Assembly (NCBI RefSeq): GCF_009914755.1
Contig: NC_060932.1
Length of the DNA: 64,000 nucleotides
Strand: one strand, 5' to 3'
DNA from: the human T2T-CHM13v2.0 reference genome, Homo sapiens
Shown here: positions 29,551-45,189 of the stretch, one piece after another
Layout: each line of letters begins with the position of its first letter
Numbering within the stretch: the first letter of the stretch is position 1
Translations under genes and position numbers: made by a program
Notes under the pieces: model-generated
Seen by the model: only the letters and a program-made list of their open reading frames with translations
Database searches by the model: none
Told to the model about the DNA's origin: nothing

Positions 29551-31483
29551 TATAAATTCAAGACACATTTGAATCTTTCACTTTGACAATTTACATTCAT
29601 TTTGTGGAAGTTCCAATTATTTATTGGAAATATCCCTCCAAATATTATTTTCTTGAGTTGGGAATTATGAGATGCTACAGATAAATGCAACAACTCAAGT
29701 CATTCAGCAACTATCTTCATTTTACAAATGGGGATATTAAGAAGAGAAAAGGCTAACTGATTTTCATTGGGTCGTTTTGCTATTTAGTGGCAAAGCAAGA
29801 CTGGAATCCACATCTCTTAACTTCCAGGCCAAAGATTTTTTTTTGAATACTGCCATTCAAGTCAGGATTATTGTTATTTCTCTGAAAGACTTAGTCATTA
29901 GAGCTTGATAAAGCTGGGCTATTTGAAAAAATAATGACAAAATAAAATATATAAAATATGATTTTAAAAAATAAGTGGAAAGCTAATATTAGTTTTAAAA
30001 GATCAGGTAAATTAATGAAAACAAACATTCATGAAACTGATACTTAAGTCTAACTCTTATATGTTTGTGATTTATTTTTATATATTTTTTTTTATTTGGG
30101 GAGAAGCTTTATTTTTTTCTAAATCCACACTTGGAAAGCTCTGGCACTGGTAGTCAAGTTACATTTCATAGTCTTCAAAGATTTCAAACTCGAAAACTTT
30201 TCTACTTTGAATTGAACCTCTTTTTCATGTTTCAAAGCTGACCTACAGTGAATACATTTTTCTATTAAGGAGTGTGTGTTCAAGTCCTGGGGCAGGCTAA
30301 GAAACTTGCAGTGGTGCAATAACCAGTGACGTAAAGTATCAGAGATGTGCCAAGTTCAGAGTAAAATCAGCATAAAGTTTTGAGTCTGGCGTTTGGCAGA
30401 GCCATTTCAACAGTGCACAGTTGGGTAGATGAGTTGGAGTGAGAAATATTCCAATCTTATAAAAATTTGGGAATTCCTTAACTAAACAAAGAAAAATAGA
30501 TTTCTTGACTTCACAACTTCTCAGGCTCTTTATAATATAGGTATACTTTATAAATCTGTACAAAAAGGATATTATTTAATAATTTTCTTATTTGACCATC
30601 AAATACAGCTTGTAAGCATAATTCTATTTTCAATATGTGGACTCCAAAAAATATTTTGAAAAAGAAAGTTTCAATGATGTAAAGGAAGACACTTTTGCAT
30701 TTTTATTAACTTATCTTTCATTATTTATCATTTTTGTTTCCATTCCCATTTTGCCTTGCCCATTCTGAAAGTGCCATTCTTCTTAAAAATTCTTAGTACT
30801 CCTCATAAGAACAGTAAAGACGGTACTTTTTTGATAGACTGGCTACTGTGCTTCACTTTCACTTTTATGCTGGCAATGTCAATTGAATAGATAATTTTTA
30901 CATGTATTTGAGGTATTAAGGCAAGAGGCTTTGTTAAAATAGAATGAGACACGAGTGTTAGTGAAAGGAGTTTTTGAAGAGTAGCACACGTTTGCTAAGC
31001 TTCTAGAACTCAAAACAGAGATGTAAGCAAAATAATTGACAGTAATTTCAACTTTCCAAAGAGTTCAGTGTGAGATTCAAATAACTGTGGGTGTGTAGTA
31101 TTTTCTTTATATTTTGCATGGACTGTTTATTGTTTTTCCATTGGTAGGCAGAAATAATTTACCATTATCATATTGCATTTAAATGAATATTAGGTATTGG
31201 GAGTAGGTTGTAAAGCAAAAAGGAGTTGAGATAAGATGAAAGAATAAAGTCTAAATAATATACTAATGAGTTTTGTTGCAGCATGGATTAACTATACATT
31301 TGTATTAAAAAGGTGGTATGCTTTTTAAAGAACTTGATTGATTGGCTTCTTTTAATGAATACATAATTATTTTCTTTATTCTCTTCACCTAGTATTAAAT
31401 ATGTAATTTGATAAATATCAGTAAGACAAAGGCCTATGCACAGGTTATTCACAATAAACTAGAACCATAATTTAGGACAAACG

Positions 31484-31839
31484 TGATATGGTTTGGCTGT
31501 CTCCTCACCCAAATCTCAACCTTGTAATTGTAATAATCCCCGTATGTCAAGGGCGGAGCCAGATGGAGATAATTGAATCATAGAGTTGGTTCCCCCATAC
31601 TGTTCTCATGGTGGTGAATAAGTCTCACGAGATCTGATGGTTTTATAAATGGGAGTTCCCCTCACAAGCTCTCTTGACTGCCATCATGTAATATGTGACT
31701 TTGCACCTCATTCGCCTTCCGCCATGATTATGAGGCCTCCCCAGCCACGTGGAACTGTGAGTCAGTTAAACCTCTTTCCTTTTTCAATTACTCAGTCTCG
31801 AGTATGTCTTTATTAGCAGCATGAGAGCAGACTAACACA
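31484..31839 (+). mobile_element. THE1 (THE1C-like) solo LTR
   Basis: tgatatggtttggctgt ... gtctcacgagatctgatggttttat ... gcagactaacaca. Confidence 0.92.
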
Positions 31840-32989
31840 TAATGCCAATAAAATTACTAAATCTTTAAGAACTAGAGTATATGCATTTAAATTCTTCTTG
31901 TATTCTCTTAAATGATTGCTTATTCCCAGGATGGAACATATTTTTCAAAAGTTAGGGAAATTTTCAGTGCCTTTATGGTAAAAATCTCAACTTTTTTGTA
32001 TACTCAGTAGAATTAACATAGACTTTTTTGTGATGTTTATTAAATTCAATGAGTCAGATTTTAATACTTTCAGTGAAAAGTAATGAGAATATCCACAAAC
32101 TGTTTGTATGACCTCTTATTTCTTATCACTACAAACTTGGGTAAAACTTCATTTCATATGTAACTGTAATTAAAGTAGTTCCATTCCCCATCACTTGCTA
32201 ATTTTATTATTTCCCAATATTTTCTTCATGGCAATTAATTAGCATTATATTATTTATGTTTATTAACATTTAATTTCTGTCTACTCATTCTAAGTGTGTG
32301 ATATAGGCGAGCAGAAATTTTGACTAAATTACTTACTATGTATGTAGTAGATGCTTAATAAATGTTTAAAAATCAAGTTCATGCTCTGTCTTGGCTCATA
32401 AAGAAAGTGTATCTGTAAAGTAATGTGACAGAATTTATCCTTGAGTATTATACTGATGAAAGGTAATTAAAACCAAGGCTTAAAAAAATCTTAATTTGTA
32501 ATAAGATTGCTAGACTCAGATTCTAGAATGTTTATTAAAATATTTGTCTTGTTATTTGGTATGTCTGACTTAAGCAGGTTTGAAAATAATGATTAAATAA
32601 AGTCATCAAAATGACTTTCTTAGATCATGACAAATGTTTCTACAGGTTAAATCTTCCTATAAGGTAGTTGGCATCATCCTGTCAACACGCTGCCTTCACA
32701 GGAATATTTTATACCACTACAAGATACTAGAGAAAGTATGTAGATATATCAGTTCAAATATATAACTCTCATGGGAAAAATTCTAAAATTAATTTTACAT
32801 TAATATTCATTTATTCAAGTTCAGCAAAGATGAATTAAGGGTGTACTATATCCAGGCTTTGTATTTCTCACTTCGAATGTTACAGTGGCTAGTGCAGTCT
32901 ACTTTCAAGGGACGCAGAGTAGTGAAAAATGTAGATGAATGAAATAGTCTGTTAATGCCTCTGAGTATATTGAATGCAACTGACTGAAT

Positions 32990-33660
32990 CATGGGGATAA
33001 ACAGGTAAGTCAGCAATTCTAGCTGAAGAGTTTAACACATCCATTTCAGAAATTGACAGATCAAGGCCACAAATTCCCAAATAAGAAACAGAAGATCTGA
33101 ATAACATGATTAGAAACTCTACACTCAGCCTACAAAGACCATACGCTCTTTTTAAGTATTCACAAAATTTTATCATATACTAGGACAAAAATGATCCTTA
33201 ATATATTTCAGAAAATCAACACAATATAACATTCTTCTCAATAAAATTTGGTAATACTGGAAACTAATAACTAAAGAAGAACTATACAAATCTTATGATT
33301 GGAAACTAGATAACATGCTATTAAGTAGCCACATGTTACAGAAACAATCTTAAGGAAAGATATAAAATACTTACAATAGAATGATATTTAAAAGAGTGTA
33401 TGTCAAAAATTGTGACACACAACCACAGCAGTATTTAAAGGGAAACTTATTTAAATATATTTGTGAAGAAATGAGAAGGATTAACGCTGATGAACTAAGT
33501 GTTCAAGAATTTAAAAATCAGCAAAACAAAACCAAGGAAATAGATAAAAAATAAATTATAAAGCTAAGAGTATATGTCTAAACTACATACCTCTGAAATG
33601 CAGAAAAACAGCACATTGAGTGGAGAAACAGTAGGTGTTTTACTTTAAGATTGGAACCAA
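32990..33660 (+). mobile_element. Old L1M ORF2-derived fragment
   Basis: tcagaaattgacagatcaag, gaagatctgaataacatgat, aaaaattgtgacacacaaccacagcagtatttaaagggaaact resemble degenerate L1 ORF2. Confidence 0.6.
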
Positions 33661-33684
33661 ACAAGAAAGTACATTGCATCTGAC

Positions 33685-34000
33685 GGGATAAGCTACACCA
33701 AGGTGTAATAATAAACACCGGATATCAGAAGTTTAAAAACAATGAAGATTATTTCTTACCTTTACTACATACCCATCACTAGGGGTTCTCCTGCACATAA
33801 TTCTTGCTCAATGAACCAGGCTAATGAAGTGTCCATAATCTCAAGCTGATGTGGCAGAAAAAAGAAAAAAAAAAGTGTGTGGTAAATTACACACTGGCTT
33901 TTTAAGATTTACTTCTAGAAGTCACAAAGGTTATTTCTGCTTATATTTCATTGGTCAAAGCAAGTCACATGCTTATTTCTTTCTTCAAGGGAAAAGGCAA
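33685..34000 (-). mobile_element. Old MLT1-type LTR fragment
   Basis: aacaatgaagattatttctt and tatttcattggtcaaagcaagtcacatg motifs. Confidence 0.55.
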
Positions 34001-35970
34001 ACACAATTCTTAATTTTACCATATTCCTTGAGAGAGGAAAATGGGATGGTCATGGGGTGTGGTGGGGTAGAGGGGGAATAAGGAGGCTTACTGAATACCA
34101 CTTTAGTATCTTCTTTACTATTTACATATCACTAGAGATCATGAGAACATGGCAAAAAAAAGAAAATGGTGAAGATTTTTGTAGGTATGTAAGGTAAAAA
34201 TTGCATTCAGCAGCTTGTAACAGAAATGCAATTACAACTCAAACACACAAATATTTAATCTTTCATATATTCTGAAGAGTAAATAGATGTAGGCTAGTAT
34301 GGTGTGTCCACACAAACATCATTTACTCAGTTTCTTCCTACTTTGTGTTCTGCCATACTCTACAGAAAAATATATTCATCTATTTATTCTCTATTATGAG
34401 AGTTTATAAAATGAGGGTGTTACATGCAAACCTGGAATCAGGCTGACAAAATAGCAAGTTAAAAAGTAGAAATAATTAAAAATCCGTTAAATGTTTTAAT
34501 ATTATGTATAAAAAGAAAGTTGTCATGGAACCCAACTTTTACAGAGATTTCAGATCAAGTTTTAGAAAGGTAAGGTCCATTTTGAGTTCATAAGGCCACC
34601 TCGCTGCATTCTACCACTAACAAGAGCCTAGAAAGACTCAGAATGACATAACACCACTGCTCACCTCCTGCCTCCGTCTGCAAAACACAGATCTTCTTCA
34701 GCAGGAATCGATCAAAAGTTCAGAAACGTGTGCTTCTGGTAAGAGCCTCCATCCCTCCTGACCCTCATCACTCATAGTCTTGATACAACCATCTCTAACC
34801 ATCACCAGAGCAGACTTCAGCATCCCCTTTATTCATGTTGGTCACCAGAAGCAGCCTATAAATCCTAGGTCACCAAGATCACCAAAGAAATCTCTACATT
34901 ATGTTTTCTGTTTCAATCTGCCCTTCCTCTCCATTTCCTGAAACCTTTGCTCTATGCCGTCTGAAACTTAAGGTAACGGTTAGCTAAATCACCTATATCC
35001 TCAACTCATTCTCTGATTGATTGATCTTTTAAATTTAAATTGCTCTCATTGGCCATTGGCTGTCCCTTACTTCTTTGGAATTTCTCTTTCCAGTGATAGA
35101 CACTTCTTCTTTCACATCCATGTGAGAATGAAGAAACAATAAGCATCTTGCTAACCCTCCAAAATGTCTTTCCCCTACTCTCTGACTACCACCTCTTCTC
35201 TTTTCTTTCTATGTTACTTACTCTAGGGCCCTAGCTCCAACCATCCTTTGATTATACGGAGACCCGCCACTTCATCACTGTTTTTCACTCCATTTGTTCC
35301 CACATTTATCTTCATATCCAGCTTAAATTCCACATCAGTCATTATAGTTACTCTTTAAATCACCCTAAACTCCTTTGATCTTTTCTAGAATCACCTTCCT
35401 CCCTTGACTAAACCACAATCCATCTTCCTGCTTGCCTAATATCTGTACCAGCACAAATAAACACAGGGAGAAGGAAGAAGCACACAACCATGCTGACTGT
35501 TTCATTTTAAAATCTATGACCACTGACTTCAAGAAGACCATTCATGTTGCTTGGGAATCATATTATTTTTCCTTCATCCGTTCACTGTCCCTCTCTCCTA
35601 GTGGACTATTCTATACATTCTCCTTTTTCTTCAGGTCTTTGATACTACTCCCTAACCCTTAAACTTACAAAAGGAATTTGAGATAATGAAAGCAACAAGA
35701 AAATAATTTTCATAAGCACCTACCACCACCAAATGTACACACCAGTTTGCATTTTTGCTCACATACTCTCCGTTCTTCTCTAATGAGATGGAAGGACTCA
35801 CAACACATTTGTGTCCACTTGTGGTCTACATACTGTTTCCTCTCTCTCTCCACTCAACAACAATGCTTCAGCCATTTTTCTCTCTCCTATGTCATCATTT
35901 TTCTTCTCTTTAATAAATCATTTCTATCAGCATAAAAAATGCTGATATTTCTTCCATGATAAAGAGTCTC

Positions 35971-36280
<310 letters not shown>

Positions 36281-36575
36281 CTCTAGATTTTAATTTACTC
36301 TAGGTATTTTCCTATTTCTCTCTTAAAAAAATAATAGCAGAAGTCCTTGAAAGAGTTGTCTTTACTCAATGACAGTAAATTCTTCCTTTCTTTTTTCTGT
36401 TGAACTGACTATAATCAGATTTTTGCTCCCCCATGCAACAAATTGGCTATTGTCAAGTCAATAACCTTCCTTGGGCTAAATCCAATGGTCAATTTTTTAA
36501 TCTTTCCTTATTTAACCTATGAAAGAATGTAAAATGTCATAATTATATTAGCAATTACATTTGACATTTGACACA

Positions 36576-36625
36576 TTGGAACATTTTTTCCCCACTTGGC
36601 TTGGAACATTTTTTCCCCACTTGGC
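36576..36625. repeat. Perfect 25-bp tandem duplication
   Basis: ttggaacattttttccccacttggc x2. Confidence 0.95.
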
Positions 36626-36742
36626 TTCTAAACTATTATCAGTGCCTGATTTTGTGCCTTCCTCTTTAGCAGCTTCTTTCAGTTTTTCTCCACTGTTTCT
36701 GCCTCCCTTCTTGGCCAGTCAACGTTAGCTGTTTCTCAGACC

Positions 36743-38085
36743 TTTTTTTCTTTTAAACAATGTTATTAAGATATAATTCACATACCATACAATTCACCCA
36801 TTAAATTTTATAATTTAATTGTTTTTATTATATTCACACATAGATGCAACCATCACTAGTCAATTTTAGAAACATTTAGAACACTTAAAAAATAAGAACA
36901 TCATCACTTCAAAATAAACCACGTCCTCTTTAGCTAACTCTCTGCTACTCTCTCCTCCAGCCCCCAGAGCTAAGCAACTTTTTGTAGGTAAACATTGCCC
37001 TGTTTTGGGCATTTCATATAGACAGACTCATACAATATGTGATTTTTGTAACTACCTTATTTCACTTAGCCTAATGTTTTCAAGGTTCATCTATGTGGTA
37101 TTATGTATCAGTAATTCATTTCTTTTTATCACTGAATAATATTCCATTGCATGGATATACCACATTTTGTTCATTCATTCACCTGTTGATGGACATCTGG
37201 GTTCCTATCTTTTGGCTATTATGAATGGTATGTTTTCATTTACCTTGAATTTATGTCTAGAATATCATTAACTGATTTTTGACAAGAGTGTCAAGACCAT
37301 CTAATTGGGAAACAATTGTTATATCAACTAGGAATGTTGGAACAAATGGATAGCCAAATGCAAAAGAATAAAATCAGTCTCTTACCTCTTACCAGTCATA
37401 AAAATTAACTCAAAGTTAATCAAAAGTCTAAATGTAAGAGCTAAAATTATAAAAGTTTTGAAATAAAACATCGAGAAAATCTTCATGACCTTGGATTTGG
37501 CAAAGGATTCTTAGAATACCCAAAGTATAAGCAACAAAAGAGAAACACCAGAAAAATTTAATTTTTATCAAATTAAGACTTTCATGTTTCAAAGGACACC
37601 ATCAATAAAGTGAAAAAAAGAATTACAGAATGGAACAAAATATTTGCAAATTATATCTGATAAAAAATTGTATTGAGAATATATGAGAAACTCTTACAAT
37701 TCATCAATGAAAAACAAACAACCCAATTACAAATGGATGAAGTATTTGAATTGATATTTCTGCAAAGAAGATATACAAATGGCCAGTCAGCACATGACAT
37801 AATTTTCAACTTCACTAATTATCAGGCAAATGCATATCAAAATAACAATGAAATACCACTTCACACACCACTATGATCAAAAAGACAGATAATAATAAGT
37901 ATTGGGGAGGACAGTAATAAGTATTGCAGATGACGTGGAGATTCAGAATCCTCACATTGCTAATATGTGAGGATTAATGTATTATGTAATACATTACCTC
38001 CCTATCTAGAGCTGCTTTGGCAAAGAGTCTAGTAATTCCTCAAATGATTAAATCTGTTACTATATGACCCAGAAATTCCACTCTT
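36743..38085 (-). mobile_element. L1MB-type element with 5' inversion (3' part 36743-37262 minus; inverted part 37268-38085 plus)
   Basis: Minus-strand 3'UTR (gatataattcacataccatacaattcacc) abuts plus-strand ORF2-end sequence (ttgacaagagtgtcaagacc ... atatgacccagaaattccactc). Confidence 0.8.
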
Positions 38086-39054
38086 TTCTTGTTTGTTTTT
38101 ATCTGCTAGAACCTTCAGATGAAAGAATTCCACCTTTATATATACATTTCTTTATTAAAATATCTACATTCATTTCCTTTGTGCTCTAATTACTTATCAT
38201 TTTAAACACTTTCTATATGCTGATGAATCCCAGATTTATGTCTTCAACCCAGACTTCTCACATGAAATTTGGGCCCACATATTAATTGCCAAGTAAACAC
38301 ATCTTGAATATCTAATGAGACTTCTTAAACTGATTTCCTAATATATCCTCATCCTCACTCAAACCTATTTCACCTACATTCTTTCTCATCTGATGAATGA
38401 CATTTCCATGTTTCCATTTGCTTAACCTATTTGCATTTTCACTCTACCATTTGATGTCTCCCATGACACTTCTCTTTGTCTCATTCAATCATTCCTCAAG
38501 TCCTTTTAGCTTTGCTTCCACCCTGGTCTGGGTCACTATCCTCTCTCCCATGCACTATTTCAGTAGCCACTTACCTGGCATCCCTTCTTCTACTCTTGCT
38601 TTCTTTCATTCTATTTGCCCCATATCATGAAAAGAATCTTGTTTAAATCCAAGCCAGATCATGTCAGTCATACTCAAAACTTTCAAGTGGTTTCTGCTGT
38701 TCTCAGAATACAATAAAAATTCTAAACAATAACCCTAAGCATCTGCATAATTCTTCAGCACGTCCTTCCTTTTCCAACTCTCCACTCCTACTACTCTCCT
38801 CTCATTCATGCTACATCAGTCACATTAGCTTCCTTGCTTTTTCTCCAGCTTGTTGGACATACATGTGCTTCAGGACCTTTGCCCCTGTTCTTTTCTTCTT
38901 TTGATATTTTCTTCCTTTAGATATTCAAATGGTTTTCTCCTTCACTTACTTCAAGCCTTCACCTTAATGTTAAATTTTCAGTGAGACTTCCTCTAACCAA
39001 CTCTGAAGTTTCACAAATGTATCTGACGCTACTTATCTATCCCCTCTTTTCTGC

Positions 39055-39426
39055 TGCATTAGTTTGTTTTCACGCTACTGATAAAGACATACCTGAGACT
39101 GGGCAATTCACAAAAGAAAGAGGTTTAATTGGACTTACAGTTCCACGTGACTGGGGAAGCCTCACAATCATGGTGTAAGGCAAAGAGGAGCAAGTCCCGT
39201 CTTACAGGGATGACAGCAGACAAAGAGAGAATGAGGAAGACGCAAAAGCAGAAACCCCTGATGAAACCATCAGATCTCGTGAGACTTATTCACTACCATG
39301 AGAACAGTATGAGGGAAACAGCCCCCATGATTCATTTATCTCTCACCTGGTCCCTCCCACAACACATGGGAATTATGGACAATTCAAGATGAAATTTGGG
39401 CGGAGACACAGAGCCAAACCATATCA
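39055..39426 (-). mobile_element. THE1 (THE1A/B-like) solo LTR
   Basis: tgcattagtttgttttcacgct ... cagagccaaaccatatca; 5-bp TSD-like tctgc/cctgc. Confidence 0.92.
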
Positions 39427-41719
39427 CCTGCTTTATTTGTCCTTTTCAGCATTTATTATGATCTAACATAAAATACCTTTTACTTACTTATTTGTTTACT
39501 GTCTGTCTCCCCCATTAAAATACAATCCTTATGATGGCAGAGGTTTTCCTTTTTTTGTTGACTGCTGGCTTCCAGTGCTTAGAACAGTGCCTAGAACCTG
39601 ACAGTAGTCACACAACAATATTCGGTCAAGGAAAGATGAGTAAATTTTTCAAAGACAGAGGATACTATTCAGAAAGGACCTTAATTTGCTCTGGAGGGAA
39701 ATGTTTTCACTGGATAATTTATTTGGCTAGAATCCTTGCAATTGCACCACATGAGGAGTATTTGCCAAGGCTCGGTCAGAAATTGGTATACATCAAAACA
39801 CAGAAGATTCAGTTGAATTTGACTTATGAAGCCAGACAATTCAGTTGAATTTGACATGTGAGCCTCCAAATTGTCAAGCTAAATCTAAGCCTCCATTATG
39901 TCGTTCAAAAAATTCATAACATACATAAGATAACCCACAAATCTTCCATCTCTATATATAATGAAATGGCCTCAATTCACAGGGTCATACGTTACTTGAT
40001 TTTTTTACATTATGAAAGCTTTATATGAAAAGGACTTTGTTTAATAAGACCTTGGATAGCCTGTTTGAATTTTCATCCCAATTACTTTACTAACCAAGCC
40101 AAATTTTTATTATTATCTTTGTTATTTTCTTGTTTGTATATAGAAAACTTCAATATTGTATGTTCTTCAATCTGGCACTAAAAGGGAAAGACATATTTGC
40201 TAGAATGCAAAGAGGATAAAGGTTGCTTTGATTTGTCATAGATGATCATAAGAAAAGATTAACTTTCCCTTAATGTACCAGAAAGTTTAAAGACATCTTT
40301 ATATAAGGAAAGATTCCTATGGGAATTAGCATTTCGTACCTTATTGCAACCCTCGCTTTTACTGCGAGTGGACATTACACACAAAAACAAAACAGTTTGT
40401 TACTTACATTTGCTAACTATAACTCAGGTGATGAGACTTATTAGGCACTCAATAAATATTCGATACTTTTGACATTTTTAAAACCTAAATTTGTGTTGGT
40501 AAATGTTGAGGGCCTCCTCAGACTTTTGACAGTAAAAAGTTAATAGTACTAAATATTGGGAATTTTTAGTGATATTAAACTTATGACTATCCCTAAGAAT
40601 ATTCATGTACATACGTGGCAAAGGGAGGACAGATAAAGACAAAAACATCTAGGATTTCTATTCAGGCTTATGTTTGAACATCGTATTTTATTATTTTATG
40701 GAAATTGGGTAACTTAGGATATGAGTGCAATTGATTTTTTCAAAGTCAAATGAAGAATCATGGTAGAAAATTTTAGGTAACCCCTATCCTAATAAAGAGT
40801 GAATATTACATAGAGTCATAAAAATAGGCAAATTAAAACATAGATTATTAATTCTTCATGTAGTAGACAACTTGTGATGATACATTTCAATATATAGGAT
40901 AAAACTTGAAACATTTTGATAAACTAAAACTTTTACATTTCTTCTCTTTCACTTTATTTTATTTTAAGTTCCATGGTATATGTGCAGGATGTGCAGGTTT
41001 TGTTATATAGGTAAACATAGTGGTTTTCTGTACCTATCAATCCATCATCTAGGTATTAAGCCCAGCATGCATTAGCTATTTTTCCTAATGTTCTCCCTCT
41101 CCTCCCCCAACAGTCCACAGCATGCACTGTTCCCCTCCCTGTGTCTATGTGTTCTCATTGTTCAGCTCCCACTTATAAGTGAGAACATATGGTGTTTAGT
41201 TTTCTATTCCTGCGTTAGTCTCCTGAGGATAATGGTGTCCAGTTTTATACATGTCCCTCCAAAGGACATGATCTCATTCCTTTTTATGGCTGCATAGTAT
41301 CCCGTGGTGTATATGAACCATATTTTCTTAATCCAGTCTATCATTGATGGACATTTCGGTTGATTCCATGTCTTTGTTGTTGTGAATAGCGCTGCAATGA
41401 ACATACACATGCATGTATCTTTATAATAAAATGACATATTCCTTTAGGTATATACTCAATAATGAGATTGCTGGCTCAAATGGTATTTCTGGTTCTAAAT
41501 CTTTGAGGAATCGCCATACTGTCTCCCACAATGGTTGAACTAATTTACATTTCTACCAAGAGTGTAAAAGTGTTCCTATTTCTCCACAACCTTGCCAGTA
41601 TCTGTTGTTTCTTGACATTTTAATAATCACCATTCTGACTGGCATGAGATGGTATCTCATTGTCGTTTTGATTAGCATTTCTCTAATCATCAGTGATGTT
41701 GAGCTTTTTTTTTTTTTTT

Positions 41720-41883
41720 CCAATGAGACATTTGCCTTTATTCCTGAAGATTTTTGGGGACAAAAAAATTTTACCCATAAAAACTCAGAATTTCTCCAGA
41801 AAAAGCCTCATCAACCATCTCTTCTCCCAGGAACCTCCTCTCAGCCTCTAGTCATCAGATATCTCTTCTTTTCCATCCTACCT
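41720..41883 (-). other. 164-nt non-L1 3' segment of a chimeric retroposon, with AATAAA and poly(A)
   Basis: No L1 similarity seen; tttatt at 41737-41742 (AATAAA on minus) lies 17 nt from the T15 tract at 41705-41719. Confidence 0.8.
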
Positions 41884-44099
<2,216 letters not shown>

Positions 44100-44162
44100 T
44101 ATGACATTAGCTGGTTATTTTGCTCATTAGTTGATGCAGTTTCTTCTTAGAATTGATGGTCT

Positions 44163-45189
44163 TTACAATTTGGCATGTTTTTGCAGTGGCTGGTACTGGT
44201 TGTTCCTTTCCATATTTAGTGCTTCCTTCAGGAGGTCTTGTAAGGCAGGCCTGGTGGTGACAAAATCTCTCAGCATTTGCCTGCCTGTAAAGGATTTTAT
44301 TTCTCCTTCACTTATGAAGCTTAGTTTGGCTGGATATGAAATTCTCGGTGGAAAATTCTTTTCTTTAAGAATGTTGAATATTGGCCCCCACTCTCTTCTA
44401 GCTTGTAGGTTTTCTGCTGAGAGATCTGCTGTTAGTCTGATGGGCTTCCCTTTGTGGGTAACTCGAGCTTTCTTTCTGGCTGCCCTTAGCATTTTTTCCT
44501 TCATTTCAACCTTGGCGAATCTGACAATTATGTGTCTTGGGGTTGCTCTTCTCGAGGAGTATCTTTGTGGTGTTCTCTGTATTTCCTGAATTTGAATGTT
44601 GGCCTTCCTTGCTATGTTGGGGAAGTTCTCCTGGATAATACCCTGAAGAGTGTTTTCTAGCTTGGTTCCATTCTCCCCGTCACTTTCAGGTACACCAATC
44701 AGACGTAGATTTGGTCTTTTCACATAGTCCCATATTTCTTGGAGGTTTTGTTTGTTTCTTTTTACTCTTTTTTTCTCTAAACTTCTCTTCTGACTTCATT
44801 TCATTAATTTGATCTTCAATCACTAATACCCTTTCTTCCACTTGATTGAATCGGCTATTGAAGCTTGTGCATGCATCTTGTAGTTCTCGTGCCATGGTTT
44901 TCAGCTCCAACAGGTCATTTGAGGTCTTCTCTACACTGTTTATTCTAGTTAGCCATTCGTCTAATCTTTTTTCAAAATTTTTAGCTTCCTTGCGATGGGT
45001 TCGAACATCCTCTTTTAGCTAGGAGAAATTTGTTATTACTGACTTTCTGAAGCCTACTTCTGTCAACTTGTCAAAGTCATTCTCTGTCCTGCTTTGTTCT
45101 GTTGCTGGCGACAAGCTGCAATCCTTTGGAGGAGAAGGGGTGCTCTGGTTTTTAGAATTTTCAGCTTTTCTGCTCTGGTTTCTCCCCAT
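44163..45189 (-). pseudogene. L1 ORF1p, disrupted
   Basis: ATGGGGAGAAACCAGAGC at 45189; fragments MELKTMARELQD... and KRPNLRLIGVPESDGEN...YQPLQKHAKL* in different frames. Confidence 0.9.

Noticed and set aside
30130-30242. Possible minus-strand exon (SALKHEKEVQFKVEKF...ARAFQ), in phase with the 27075-27168 candidate
   Set aside because: Weak acceptor tract and weak donor (CAA|gtgtgg); peptide not recognised; phase match expected by chance.
39807-39855. 17-bp direct repeat (attcagttgaatttgac) with a 15-bp spacer, superficially CRISPR-like
   Set aside because: Only two copies, in primate DNA, with no cas genes; a simple local duplication.
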